From IMG/VR virus record IMGVR_UViG_3300042465_005589, positions 1-64,000 of that record: a DNA stretch of 64,000 nt; one strand, 5' to 3'. This document shows positions 39,256 through 49,735 of the stretch, one piece after another (position 1 is the stretch's first letter; every line of letters begins with the position of its first letter). The notes beneath the pieces are model-generated. The model ran no database searches, was not told the DNA's origin, and saw nothing but the letters and a program-made list of their open reading frames with translations. Position numbers and translations under genes: made by a program.

Positions 39256-41112
39256 TTATCTCAATTCTCTTAAATCGAATGTTCTAACACCATCTACAGT
39301 AATTCTTCCGTAAAATCTGTTGTTCACCATTTTTTTCGCGTAACGAGTCATTATACCTTTAATCGGTGTAAAGTTGAATGGGTTGTACATTGTTGGTGTT
39401 AATTGTAATGGTACATACGGTGCGTAGATGTATCCTGTGTCTAACAATGATGTTCCTTTGTGTCCAATTAACACTTGGTTAGCTGGGAAGTAAGGGTCAC
39501 GGTAAACTTGGTAACGTCCTGCTAATGTTCCAACTCTTTCAATACCCATGTTATATTGGTCTTGTTCAGGAGAAGCATTAGATACGTGGAAGTACTCTAA
39601 ATCATCAAAGATAGCAGAAACCTCAGAAGATACAACAATCCAGTTTGCTCCACCTCTTAAAGTAGATTTGTGGATTTGTGCAGACAATTGGTTAATTGCT
39701 GTAATTAATGTTTGGTTCCAATCTTTTTGAGTGTAAGAAGTTACTTGAGAAATTCTTCTCCAACCATTGTAATCCCATCTCAAGTTCCATGCAGCACCTT
39801 TACGTAAATCTCTTAAGATTTCACGGTCAATTTCTGCCGCAACTTGCTCAGATAATAAAGCTGTTAATTCAGCTTCAGCATCGATGTTGTGGAAAGCTGC
39901 AACGTCTTGAGCTAACTCAGGAGACCATTGTGCTCTTAATTTTCTTTCTGTAACTGATACAGTAACTGAATCTAAATCGAAAGAAACCTCACCGATTTTA
40001 TCTTCAAATTCTAATTCTTCATAACGTCTGAAAACAGCTTTAAATGAAGTTGTTGCTAATGCTTCAGAAATAGTTGTACCTGTGTAACCATCTAACGATG
40101 AAGAATCACAATCAGCACATACTGGACAAGATAAATCAACTTCTAACCAAATACAACCATCAACGTCACATACATTTTTGAATGAACCACCGTTACCAGT
40201 AGATGCAAATGTTGTTTGAGTTGTGTTACCATATTTCACAATACCTCTACCATAGATTTGAGTTACAACTCTAAATAATAAAGCTCCTGTAGATACAGCA
40301 CATGGTGAACTAGCGTCAACTGTTAAACCAGCTCCTGTATAGATAATTAAATCAGATAAGAATGATTCAGTATCCATTTCGTTACCATCAGGTCCGATTA
40401 ATTTTCCTGCACCTGTGTCAGCAAAACCACACATTTTAATGATAACTTTTCTTGTGTTACCTGAAGCAATTACTGCTGCTCCATCAGTTGTTCCTGAAAT
40501 AACTGCATCAACTAAAACTCCACCTGTCCATTTTTGGATAGTTGTTGTTGCTGTGATAGCTGACCAACGACCTTTAGAATAATCAAATAATCCTGGTGGG
40601 TCTAAACTTGGTTCGTTACCTTCATAGAATAAATCATAAAGATTTTTTTCATATACTGGGTTGTTTGAGCCTGAACCTGCTGTGTAACCTTCACTTGGAG
40701 AACCTGGATAATTTCCTGGAGACCCGATTGGTGCGTAGTGCTCACCTGAATACTGACCGTCAATACCGTCTTTGTATCCTTGAATTTTTGGTACAAAATA
40801 GAATAATTTACCGATTGGTAAGTTCATTGCTTGTACAGAAACGATATCATTCGCTAATAATTTAGAGAATACTCTTCTTACGATAGGAAATACAACAGTT
40901 TCAAATGAACCTGAAGACCCGTCAGAAGTTGCTTCGTTTATTAAGAAAGACGCTTGGTTCTCATATAATTGAGCTACGTTTTCTCTTAAGTGACCTTTAA
41001 GACCTTCAAGAAATCCTAATTTGTCCCATTTGTTGATTGTGTCTTCTTTAATAACTTTAAGGTGTTTTAACCCGATGTTACCAACTAGACCTGATTCTAA
41101 TAATGCTCCCAT
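39256..41112 (-). CDS. major capsid protein (T4 gp23-like)
   Basis: VSVQAMNLPIGKLFY, RKLRAQWSPELAQD..AFHNIDAEAEL, EIDREI, YAPYVPL, FTPIKGIMTRY. Confidence 0.96.
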   Translation of the reverse strand: MGALLESGLVGNIGLKHLKVIKEDTINKWDKLGFLEGLKGHLRENVAQLYENQASFLINEATSDGSSGSFETVVFPIVRRVFSKLLANDIVSVQAMNLPIGKLFYFVPKIQGYKDGIDGQYSGEHYAPIGSPGNYPGSPSEGYTAGSGSNNPVYEKNLYDLFYEGNEPSLDPPGLFDYSKGRWSAITATTTIQKWTGGVLVDAVISGTTDGAAVIASGNTRKVIIKMCGFADTGAGKLIGPDGNEMDTESFLSDLIIYTGAGLTVDASSPCAVSTGALLFRVVTQIYGRGIVKYGNTTQTTFASTGNGGSFKNVCDVDGCIWLEVDLSCPVCADCDSSSLDGYTGTTISEALATTSFKAVFRRYEELEFEDKIGEVSFDLDSVTVSVTERKLRAQWSPELAQDVAAFHNIDAEAELTALLSEQVAAEIDREILRDLRKGAAWNLRWDYNGWRRISQVTSYTQKDWNQTLITAINQLSAQIHKSTLRGGANWIVVSSEVSAIFDDLEYFHVSNASPEQDQYNMGIERVGTLAGRYQVYRDPYFPANQVLIGHKGTSLLDTGYIYAPYVPLQLTPTMYNPFNFTPIKGIMTRYAKKMVNNRFYGRITVDGVRTFDLRELR

Positions 41113-41144
41113 TTTTTTTGGTTTTTATTAATTTTTATTTATTT

Positions 41145-42695
41145 TTATTTTAATTTTGACATTAAGTCTTTCATTCTTAAGAACTGTGGATTCTCATATG
41201 TTTTAGATTCAATTAGATTAATTGCTGAACCTGTTGAAGGTGCTTTAGCAATTGTTCTTTCTAATGACTCATTCATAGGTTGAGAAGAAGTCCCTGTAAG
41301 TTCATCCTTAATGACTTTGTATAAGTTTTTAGATTCTTTAATGTTTTCAACACCGTCAAATCTTCTTAAGATATTTATTTTTTCTTGTTTTGATGTTGAA
41401 TGTTCTGTAAACAAACGAGTAGCGTAAGCTAAGTTTGAATTAAACACTGCAACCTCATTCAATTTATTTCTAAATACGTTAAGAGCTTTTCTGTATTCTT
41501 CATTTTTTTCTCTAAGAACTGTTAACTCAGTTGTATTAGTATTCTCTTTAATTGCGGTATTAAAAGATGAGTGTGCTCTTGGTTTTGGCAAACCACCTTT
41601 TCTGAAATTACTTCCATTACCTAATGTGCGAGAAGCCTCTTTTGTTTCAGCTTTTTTAGTTGTGTTAGCAACTTGCTCTTTTGTTTCTGTTTTTTTAACA
41701 GTTTTCATTTTACCTTCAAGATTTTCACCATCTTTGTAATCAAATTTTGCTTTTCCTGTACCCATAGTTACATTAGCAGATTTTTTTACAGTTTTGAAAC
41801 CACCATTTTGATTAGGTTTAGTATCATATTTAAATTTACTAGGATTCCCTAATCCGGTTCCTTTAGGTTTTACAGTCATTTTAGATTCTACTACTGTATC
41901 ATCATCCATGTCCATATCATCTTGTTCATCTAACTCTGTGTCGTCTTCGTCATCAAAAGAAATTTCATAAACGATTTCTTCATCGTCCATATCTTCTTCT
42001 TCGTCAAATTCTGATTCAAAATCTTTGAAGTGTCCATCAACATCTCCAATTTTATGACCATTACGTCTTTTAAAATCGTGTTTGTTTCCTCCAAACGCTT
42101 CACCCATTTCTGAATCTTCGTCGTCATTATCAAATACTCTAGATATGATATCTTCGATACCTTCAGAATCATCGTCTTCATCTTCGTCTTCAAATTCGAA
42201 TTCGTCTTCGTCTTCGTCTTCGTCGTTAAATTGTTCAAACATTTCTTCATCTTCGCTCTCACCAACAATCATGTATTCTTTATTGTTCTCGTTGTCTTTT
42301 AAACTGATGTTACCAGAATCATCTTTAGTAACTACAATATTATCCTCAGGTCCCATTAATTGAAATACACGTAAGATTTCTTCATCGTCATCTACGTCAG
42401 TAAGGTCTATGGTTTCTTCGTCATCATCCATATCTACATTATCAGTATCCATGTCGTCTTCCATATCTACATCAACATCCATGTCATCCATGTCTGTATC
42501 CATATCCATGTCATCCATGTCAACTTCAGTGTCAATCTCTTCTTCTTCTTGTTCTGTAAGAGATTCTTTTACTAGTTCTTTGATTTCTTGCGACATTGTC
42601 GAAGCAAGTATTCCTTTTGCATTTTCAGCTACCGCTTCTTCCAAATTTTTCATTTGGATGATAGCTTCTTCAACTAAAGATTTTTCTTTTGCCAT
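41145..42695 (-). CDS. prohead core/scaffolding protein
   Basis: extremely acidic, many LxE sites, directly upstream of the capsid gene; C-terminal FLRMKDLM. Confidence 0.8.
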   Translation of the reverse strand: MAKEKSLVEEAIIQMKNLEEAVAENAKGILASTMSQEIKELVKESLTEQEEEEIDTEVDMDDMDMDTDMDDMDVDVDMEDDMDTDNVDMDDDEETIDLTDVDDDEEILRVFQLMGPEDNIVVTKDDSGNISLKDNENNKEYMIVGESEDEEMFEQFNDEDEDEDEFEFEDEDEDDDSEGIEDIISRVFDNDDEDSEMGEAFGGNKHDFKRRNGHKIGDVDGHFKDFESEFDEEEDMDDEEIVYEISFDDEDDTELDEQDDMDMDDDTVVESKMTVKPKGTGLGNPSKFKYDTKPNQNGGFKTVKKSANVTMGTGKAKFDYKDGENLEGKMKTVKKTETKEQVANTTKKAETKEASRTLGNGSNFRKGGLPKPRAHSSFNTAIKENTNTTELTVLREKNEEYRKALNVFRNKLNEVAVFNSNLAYATRLFTEHSTSKQEKINILRRFDGVENIKESKNLYKVIKDELTGTSSQPMNESLERTIAKAPSTGSAINLIESKTYENPQFLRMKDLMSKLK

Positions 42696-42812
42696 TTGTG
42701 TTTAAGTTATTTTAATATATAAATATCTCCCATTATTAAAAAATCATTATTTTTAATAATTTGGTGTTGAGTTTTTTTATAACTATAAATATTACCAAAA
42801 AAATAAAAGCAT

Positions 42813-42841
42813 AAAAAAAGGAGACATTTCTGTCTCCTTTA
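42813..42841 (-). terminator. intrinsic terminator
   Basis: aaaaaaaggagaca-tttc-tgtctccttt. Confidence 0.8.
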
Positions 42842-42862
42842 TTAATTATTGAATATAAATTC

Positions 42863-43072
42863 TTATTCTATCACTTCATCAATTTTGCTTTCAACAATTG
42901 CTGTGATTCTCCATTCCATTGTATAATGCTCAAAAACTTTCGTAACTTTCGCTTCTACATCAGTTGGGTTATAACCACTAACTAATTTTTCTTCTCTTAA
43001 TTTTTTAATCTTTCCTGATGCCTCATCAACTGAGTCTAAGGTAATTTTTGCAATGAAATACTTCTCGTCCAT
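42863..43072 (-). CDS. small protein resembling Bacteroidota DUF4494
   Basis: YFIAKI...GKIKK..E..LV....TDVEAKV...I..I.ESKI pattern (recalled, not searched). Confidence 0.45.
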   Translation of the reverse strand: MDEKYFIAKITLDSVDEASGKIKKLREEKLVSGYNPTDVEAKVTKVFEHYTMEWRITAIVESKIDEVIE

Positions 43073-43089
43073 AATTTTTTTTATTTAGT

Positions 43090-43815
43090 TTAATGACCTA
43101 AATAATCGTTTAATTTTTTCATTAAGTCAAGTGATTTATTACCTGAATTACCAACATGTCTTTCAACACTCATTCTTTTCTCTTCATCTAAGTTTTCATC
43201 ATACAAACTTTTATCCTCTTTATTTAAAAATAGGTATGCTCCCGGTGTTGAAGGTGAAGACACTAAGTCAAAACAAATTAATTCAAAATCATCTTGTACT
43301 TCGTTTTGGTCACCAATTTTTTTAAGTGACCCAACACCCCTTGATGATATACCTAAAGTAACTCCTTGTCTTAAGTAATTTGCAGCTAAATCTCCTTTAG
43401 TTGAACAGATACCTCTTTCATGGTAACCCGGTGATGTCAATAATTTAATCTTTCCCATTAAGACGTTACCTTCCCACCATACTTCAGTGATTGCATGAGA
43501 AACTCTATCTAAATCAATTAGTGATGATTCCGGGTGATTTAACTCTGATAGAGCAGTACCCTTTTTAATCATTTTTTTATAATTCTCAGATTCTCTTTTT
43601 AATATACGTTCAGGGTATAATCTACCATTTCTATTTGGGGTGTCATATTTTTGTAATACGGCATAAAATTCAAATGGTTTTGAGTGGTCCAACATCTCGC
43701 TAGATTCTCTAATTAAAGTTTCGTTACGATTATCCTTTGGGTTAATATAACCCGCATCGTATTCAACTAATATACCTTTTCCTGATTCATTCGGTTGTAA
43801 TATTTTTAAACTCAT
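43090..43815 (-). CDS. prohead protease (T4 gp21-like)
   Basis: NRNGRLYP, ELNHP, VSH, GISSRGVGS, FDLVSSPSTPGA. Confidence 0.93.
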   Translation of the reverse strand: MSLKILQPNESGKGILVEYDAGYINPKDNRNETLIRESSEMLDHSKPFEFYAVLQKYDTPNRNGRLYPERILKRESENYKKMIKKGTALSELNHPESSLIDLDRVSHAITEVWWEGNVLMGKIKLLTSPGYHERGICSTKGDLAANYLRQGVTLGISSRGVGSLKKIGDQNEVQDDFELICFDLVSSPSTPGAYLFLNKEDKSLYDENLDEEKRMSVERHVGNSGNKSLDLMKKLNDYLGH

Positions 43816-43838
43816 TTTAAATGTTTTAATAATAAATA

Positions 43839-44309
43839 TTAAACATTTTCGGTTTGTGACGGATATTCAACGGATTTGATTTTTTTAGTTAGATAAAAGT
43901 TAAAATAATTATTTTTATAAAAGTTATCATTAAAGATTTGATTTGTTATTTTAATTAATGAATCTTTAATTTGTTTTGATTTAAAATCGAAGTTTTCCTC
44001 AATAATAAAAAAGTTAATTTCAATATTCATAAATGATTTTTTCCCCAAATTTAAACCGCTTGACCTTAAATCTAAATCAACGATAAATTTTGTATCAAAA
44101 ATTTTATTATTTAAAGAGTCATAAACTGAGTGTTTTACTCCCCTACTTAGGTTTAAAACTGTTCGATTCCAATTATCACAATCATAGAATGGTTCGACCC
44201 ATGTTTGTATATTTAAGTAAAGTGATTTTAAGTTGACAGAATCAACTGTTCCATAAACAACTTTTGCAGTTTTAAAACCGTTTAGTTGAGAGGTTTTCCC
44301 CTTTTTCAT
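43839..44309 (-). CDS. hypothetical protein
   Basis: 156-aa ORF. Confidence 0.65.
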   Translation of the reverse strand: MKKGKTSQLNGFKTAKVVYGTVDSVNLKSLYLNIQTWVEPFYDCDNWNRTVLNLSRGVKHSVYDSLNNKIFDTKFIVDLDLRSSGLNLGKKSFMNIEINFFIIEENFDFKSKQIKDSLIKITNQIFNDNFYKNNYFNFYLTKKIKSVEYPSQTENV

Positions 44310-44401
44310 TAATTTTCATATTTTTCCTTTTATTTTTAAAAAAGATAGGTAAAAATAGGTGTTAGGTCAAATTTTTTGTTAATTTGGAATATATGTATAA
44401 T

Positions 44402-44596
44402 ATGTTAATAATTAAATTAGATAAAAATACATCAATAGAGAAAGCGTTAAAACTCTATAAAAGTAAAGTTATTAAGACACGTCAAAGCTCTGAACTTAAT
44501 AAAAGAAAAGAATTTATTAAACCTTCCGTAAAAAAAAGAAACGTGTTAGCAAAAGCTAAACACGTTCAATTAAAATATTATTCGGATAATAATTAA
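44402..44596 (+). CDS. rpsU: 30S ribosomal protein bS21 (phage-encoded)
   Basis: MLIIK...IEKALKLYKSKV.KT....EL..RKEF.KPSVKKR; 64 aa from ATG 44402. Confidence 0.9.
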   Translation: MLIIKLDKNTSIEKALKLYKSKVIKTRQSSELNKRKEFIKPSVKKRNVLAKAKHVQLKYYSDNN

Positions 44597-45312
44597 AGAT
44601 TTTCTTTTAAACTTTTAAGTTTAAAATAAGTCAACTTGTCGTATTTCTCAGATATCACTTTTGTAAGTGTTTCATCAATCCTACCTTTCACTGAATTATC
44701 TTCAGATGACTCTTTCATTGCATTTAATTTATCAACCACACTTTCTTTAAGAGTGTTAAATTTAATTGATAATTCTTTATCATCTTCAGACAACAATTTA
44801 ACAATTTCTTTTTTATCAGACTCACTTAAACCATCAATATAATTTTTAATGGTTTTGTTTGCAACACTAACCATAGTTGATAATGGAAGTTCAATACCTT
44901 TAGTTTGTATAACCGGTATTTTTTTTAAATTTTCTAAAATTAAATTTTTACTTTTAAGTCTTGATTCAATAGTTAAAACATCTGTTGAAAATAGGTTGTC
45001 AATGTTTTCATATGAATTATTTGATTTCGTATTTTTAACCCATGTATTTAATTTTTTTAAATCTGCCGGTAAAATTTTATTAACAGCATTTTCATATAGA
45101 GTAATACATTCATGGATGTATTCTCTTGAATATGAATCATTCAAACCTTTTCTAGTGTTTAATTCATCATACATGTAGAAAATTTTACTAACATTTTTAT
45201 TTTCTAATACAAGTTTTTTAAATGTTTTTAATTCGTCTTTAAATGTATCGTTTTTATACGATTCAAGTAATACGTTTTCTATCTTCGATTTTAATATTCC
45301 AAACTTTGTCAT
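44593..45312 (-). CDS. hypothetical head-module protein
   Basis: start MTKFG (45312), late motif 45326-45332, many LxE sites. Confidence 0.7.
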   Translation of the reverse strand: MTKFGILKSKIENVLLESYKNDTFKDELKTFKKLVLENKNVSKIFYMYDELNTRKGLNDSYSREYIHECITLYENAVNKILPADLKKLNTWVKNTKSNNSYENIDNLFSTDVLTIESRLKSKNLILENLKKIPVIQTKGIELPLSTMVSVANKTIKNYIDGLSESDKKEIVKLLSEDDKELSIKFNTLKESVVDKLNAMKESSEDNSVKGRIDETLTKVISEKYDKLTYFKLKSLKENL

Positions 45313-45332
45313 TTTCTTTTTAATTATAAATA

Positions 45333-47189
45333 TCAATCATTTAAGATTTTATCCAATTCTTTCTCGATATCACCTAAAGAATTTCTTGCTCGAGATAAAT
45401 CAATATACGAATCATCTTCAGTTAAACTACGGCTTTCCAATAAAATGTTCATATTCTCCCGTGTTTTTGATTCAGGTGTTAATTCTGCTTCACCACCAGC
45501 TTCAGGCGCTCCACCCGGTTCAGGTGCTCCACCCGGTTCAGGTGCTCCACCTAATTCAGACTCAAGACCACCTAAGGCACCTCCTCCACCAGCAGGTGGT
45601 GGTGCAGGAACAGCTCCACCAACAGCGGTTGTTCCGGATTTACTTGCGTATAATTTATCAATAGTATCAAATACTCCTGTATGAGTGATAATTGTTGCGG
45701 TATTAGTTAACTCAGCACCAACGGCTTTTTCAATACGTTGTTGTTGTAAATCTAATTTAATTTCTTCATCAGAGAATCCTAACACATGTTTTTTAGCCCA
45801 TGTTACCGATACCGGAGCAATACCTTCGATAGCAGCCACTGCGTCTTTATACAATAAAATTTTCTCTTTCCAAATATCGATTTTTAATAAATCGGCTTGT
45901 GAAGATGGGTTAGTTAATGCCAATGTAAAGTTTGATAATTCATCCTCAAACCCTAATAAAAATAAATGAATAATTGCGATTTTGTTTAATTCTGCAATCA
46001 TCGATTTTTGTATTCTATTAATTGTTCTTGCGAAACGAATATCCATTAATGATAGATTTTTACCATCACCAGTAACTTCTTCAAAACCTAAGAATGCTTT
46101 AGGTACACGAAGAGCGGTTAACAATTTCTTTTGGATGTATTCAATATCCGCAATCTCAGCTAAGTTTTGTGCTCCCGGTAATGTATCAATTGGGTTTGGT
46201 GCCGCAGGGTCACGAACAGGAATAAAGTAATCTTGGTCAACAGCCATTTGATTGAATCTCATATCAACATTACCTGTTTGAGAATCCACAACTTGACTTC
46301 TTTTAAATTTATTAGCAACACGTTGTACATACGGTTCAACATCTTTATCATCCATGTTACCAACATAAACTTTAAAAACACGTCTTTCAGGTGCTCTTGA
46401 TGTTCTATAAATTAACATCGCATCTTCAGACAATAATAATTGTTTCCATATACGTCTTGCTTTCTCTAACATAGAAGTACCATAAGGAAGTTTTCTATCA
46501 TCACCTAGTAATCTAAAGTGAGCTATCTCCCATGAATTAAACTCCATGTCTTTAACTTTCCATTTGAAACGTAAACCCCTATTTTCAAGTGGTTCATCAA
46601 CATTTGCCGCCTTCGCAGCCATACCACGTTCCAAACGTTCAATTTCAATGTTTGGTAATTGCATACATCCAACAATACCTTTTTCAGCATCCAATTTTAG
46701 ATACACAAAATTATCCCCATATTTACAAGTGTTTCTTGTCCACATAGGTAAGTTAGTATTTAAATCTAAAACATTGTTAAATAAATCCGTTAAGATACTT
46801 TTTATTCTTTTTGATTCAGAATAAATTTGTAACATATAACCATTTTGGTCAACAGTTGTTGATTCCTCACCATAGATATCTAATGCCGCAGAAATTTCAG
46901 GAGTGTACTCCATAGATTCATAATCATAAAATGACGCTAAACGAGTTGGTTCATAATATACCGCTTGGGTATATAAGTTACTCTCAATTTTAGTCCATTG
47001 GTTGGCTAAGTAATAAGTTTGTTGTGCCTGTAATTTTTCTCTCTCGTATTCGGCTTTAGATGTGGTTTTTAATAATTCCTTCTTATCTAACTTATATACG
47101 GGATAATCTTGGTTCAATAACGAGTTCGGTCCAAATGCTTTGGATAATCTTTGCCAAACTGTTAAATCATTATTTTGATTGTTTTCCAT
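45333..47189 (-). CDS. portal protein (T4 gp20-like)
   Basis: YESM...PEISAALDI, EDAMLIYRTSRAPERRVF, DYFIP.R, IDTLPG, ALRVPK. Confidence 0.94.
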   Translation of the reverse strand: MENNQNNDLTVWQRLSKAFGPNSLLNQDYPVYKLDKKELLKTTSKAEYEREKLQAQQTYYLANQWTKIESNLYTQAVYYEPTRLASFYDYESMEYTPEISAALDIYGEESTTVDQNGYMLQIYSESKRIKSILTDLFNNVLDLNTNLPMWTRNTCKYGDNFVYLKLDAEKGIVGCMQLPNIEIERLERGMAAKAANVDEPLENRGLRFKWKVKDMEFNSWEIAHFRLLGDDRKLPYGTSMLEKARRIWKQLLLSEDAMLIYRTSRAPERRVFKVYVGNMDDKDVEPYVQRVANKFKRSQVVDSQTGNVDMRFNQMAVDQDYFIPVRDPAAPNPIDTLPGAQNLAEIADIEYIQKKLLTALRVPKAFLGFEEVTGDGKNLSLMDIRFARTINRIQKSMIAELNKIAIIHLFLLGFEDELSNFTLALTNPSSQADLLKIDIWKEKILLYKDAVAAIEGIAPVSVTWAKKHVLGFSDEEIKLDLQQQRIEKAVGAELTNTATIITHTGVFDTIDKLYASKSGTTAVGGAVPAPPPAGGGGALGGLESELGGAPEPGGAPEPGGAPEAGGEAELTPESKTRENMNILLESRSLTEDDSYIDLSRARNSLGDIEKELDKILND

Positions 47190-47246
47190 ATGAAAAATTT
47201 AAATATTTTTTTATTTTAATAAATAGTTGAGATTAATCAATTATTA

Positions 47247-47930
47247 TCATGGGATGGTTGGTGTGGGGGTTGGCATAGGATAATTTGCTGGTGGTGTTGG
47301 TATAGGGAATGGGTGACATTCAACAATTAAATTGTCATCATTTTCCGCAGTAATTCTAATATAATCCTCAGTTGCCAAGTAACAAATTTCAACAATTGGT
47401 GACGGAGTCATAGTAGGTGTTGGTGTAGGCGTTGGAGTACTTGTTGGTGGTGGTGTCGGTGTTGGTGTCGGTGTTGGTTCAGGAGTAGGTGTTGGAGGAA
47501 GAGCTCCACTAAACACATCAATTGTTTTAGGTTTTTTGAATTCCGGTGCAAATACTTTAACACTTAAAATGTCTTGACCCGGTACAACCATTCTAGAACC
47601 TGCAAAAATATTTCCAGATTTTTTTCTATTTTCAAAACTACCACCTTTTGTGGTACTTTTGTTCAATGCGGTATAGATAATAGATTCTGACGCAAAATTA
47701 AGTCCGCCACCACTAGGTTTAAAAATTGACTCAACTCTATAACTTAAAATGTTTTGTCCCGGAACAACCATTGTCGAACCAGCGATAGCATTACCTGATT
47801 TTTTCCTATTCTCAAATCCACCTGATTTACCAACACCAGTATTAAGTAAACCATTCGAGTACAAATCTGCATTTGCGTCAAAGGTTATACTATTATTTAA
47901 TGATGAGGTCTTTCTATCGGTGGTACCCAT
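47247..47930 (-). CDS. Thr-Pro-rich putative head decoration protein with internal duplication
   Basis: two GGxFENRKKSGNxxAGSxMVVPGQxILS repeats; (TP)n; YLATEDYIRITAENDDNLIVE. Confidence 0.6.
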   Translation of the reverse strand: MGTTDRKTSSLNNSITFDANADLYSNGLLNTGVGKSGGFENRKKSGNAIAGSTMVVPGQNILSYRVESIFKPSGGGLNFASESIIYTALNKSTTKGGSFENRKKSGNIFAGSRMVVPGQDILSVKVFAPEFKKPKTIDVFSGALPPTPTPEPTPTPTPTPPPTSTPTPTPTPTMTPSPIVEICYLATEDYIRITAENDDNLIVECHPFPIPTPPANYPMPTPTPTIP

Positions 47931-47950
47931 TTATGTTTATTTGATAAATA

Positions 47951-49720
47951 TTATCTATTCCCAAATAACCAGCCGTATTTTAGATAATCGTCTTTACTTA
48001 TATTACCATTACTGAATTGACCAACTCTTTCATTGGTGTTAGGAATTACAGGGTTAAACGATATGGCTTCTCTAACATTATCATTATTACTAATCGACCA
48101 AGAATCAATCATCGCTTTGGTATGTTCAGTCACTTTTGTTAATTTACTGAATGAAGATTCTGCAACATATGTCGCCATAGCAATCGACATAATTAAATCG
48201 TCGTGATGACCCTTTTGATGGTCAGGTCGACCATTCATATAGATAAATGTATTCATTTCGTTATATAGTCTTGAACTATATATCCTGAACCCGTGTCTCA
48301 TAACTTCTTCATAAGACGCTATAATTTGTACCCTCTTATTGTTAAAGTTAATACCAGGTATTTTTTCAGCAGCTTTTGGGTCGTACTTCCATTTGTTCGC
48401 GGAATCAACACCATCAATGTATAAATCTTTGAAATTCATTTCCTGTAACTTTCTCGCTGTCGATACTCCCATTCCACCTGTAATATCAATAACGACAAAA
48501 CAAGAATATAATGTTGCCCATTTGTGACAAATTTCCGCCATCGTATCGGGGGGTAATTTTCCAACATATTCAGCAACTTGTTCCATAGTGTCAAAATCAA
48601 CAATTTGAAAAGAACTAAAATCTTCTGAATCTCCACGAGAAACGTCAACACCCATGATATATTTATGTCCAACAATAGGGTCTTTCCAAATCCAAAGAGC
48701 GTTACCCATTCTTTTACTTATTGGTTCTAAAATCATGTTTTCACGAATCTTATTCATCATAATAGAATCAAATACGTTATCACCCGAACCTAAAAAGTTA
48801 CATTCTAACTCCTGAGATACTTTACGTTTATCGTATTTTAATTTTTTAACCATCGCCTCAAACCAAGAAGAACAAGGTTTAAAACCGGCATCCATAATAA
48901 TTCTTAATTCTTTGTAATTTCTATCCTCATATGGTATTTTAGCCCAATCAATAATGTCGTCCGGTTTGTAATCTTCTTTATTTAATAAATAATGAATAAC
49001 ATCCTCAGTTTTAACTAAATATAAATCTTTAGTATAACGTGGGTCACGATACCAAAACATTTCTGTAATTTTGAAATCATTCATATTACGTAATGCTTGG
49101 TCATATATCTCATAATAAATCGCGTCATAACCATTAGGTGTGGAGACAACAATTACTTTACCACCCGTAGATAGAGAAGCCATACAGGCAGCCCAAAAGT
49201 CACTATCAGCCTCAATAAAGGCTGCCTCATCAAATATAAGTATGGTTGGTGTAAATCCACGTAAGGCATCCTTAGATGTCGCAACGGCTTTAACCTCACA
49301 CCCATTTGTTAATTTATAATGTTTTTGAGAATTTTTTGTTTTGTCAAAGTCAACACCTGTCCAAGAAGGCCATTGACCAACAAACGCTTTTATTTTATTA
49401 GCCATCTCTAATGAGGTGTCTAATTTATTGGCGATAATTAGAATTTTTTCAGGGGTTTCTTTTCTTGCGAATACAAGTTTTCGTGACATCCAAGCCGCAG
49501 TAACTGTTGATACTCCGGCTTGTCTATACTTCAATGCAATGTTTTCATTGTATTCTTCGTAATCTTGGAGTAAGGATAATTGGTCAGGAAAAAGTTCCAA
49601 TGGAACATATTTTTTAACTGTATTATCGTATGTTTCTAAATACGTTTTGAGTGCGTACTCAACATCTCTACTACATTTTACGTATTCTATTAATACTTGT
49701 TCTTTAGTTAAATTTGACAT
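47951..49720 (-). CDS. terminase large subunit
   Basis: KYRQAGVST, LIFDEAAF, STPNG, GVDVSRG, HDDL. Confidence 0.93.
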   Translation of the reverse strand: MSNLTKEQVLIEYVKCSRDVEYALKTYLETYDNTVKKYVPLELFPDQLSLLQDYEEYNENIALKYRQAGVSTVTAAWMSRKLVFARKETPEKILIIANKLDTSLEMANKIKAFVGQWPSWTGVDFDKTKNSQKHYKLTNGCEVKAVATSKDALRGFTPTILIFDEAAFIEADSDFWAACMASLSTGGKVIVVSTPNGYDAIYYEIYDQALRNMNDFKITEMFWYRDPRYTKDLYLVKTEDVIHYLLNKEDYKPDDIIDWAKIPYEDRNYKELRIIMDAGFKPCSSWFEAMVKKLKYDKRKVSQELECNFLGSGDNVFDSIMMNKIRENMILEPISKRMGNALWIWKDPIVGHKYIMGVDVSRGDSEDFSSFQIVDFDTMEQVAEYVGKLPPDTMAEICHKWATLYSCFVVIDITGGMGVSTARKLQEMNFKDLYIDGVDSANKWKYDPKAAEKIPGINFNNKRVQIIASYEEVMRHGFRIYSSRLYNEMNTFIYMNGRPDHQKGHHDDLIMSIAMATYVAESSFSKLTKVTEHTKAMIDSWSISNNDNVREAISFNPVIPNTNERVGQFSNGNISKDDYLKYGWLFGNR

Positions 49721-49735
49721 AAGTCAACTTGGTTA

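Noticed and set aside
41930-42705. Ser-rich and alternative-frame ORFs (41930..42268, 42082..42363, 42409..42705)
   Set aside because: Shadows of the Asp/Glu-rich scaffold gene.
45386-46824. Several plus-strand ORFs inside the portal gene (and similar ones inside clpC, terL, capsid, dut)
   Set aside because: Antisense or off-frame to well-supported genes, with no motifs or promoters.
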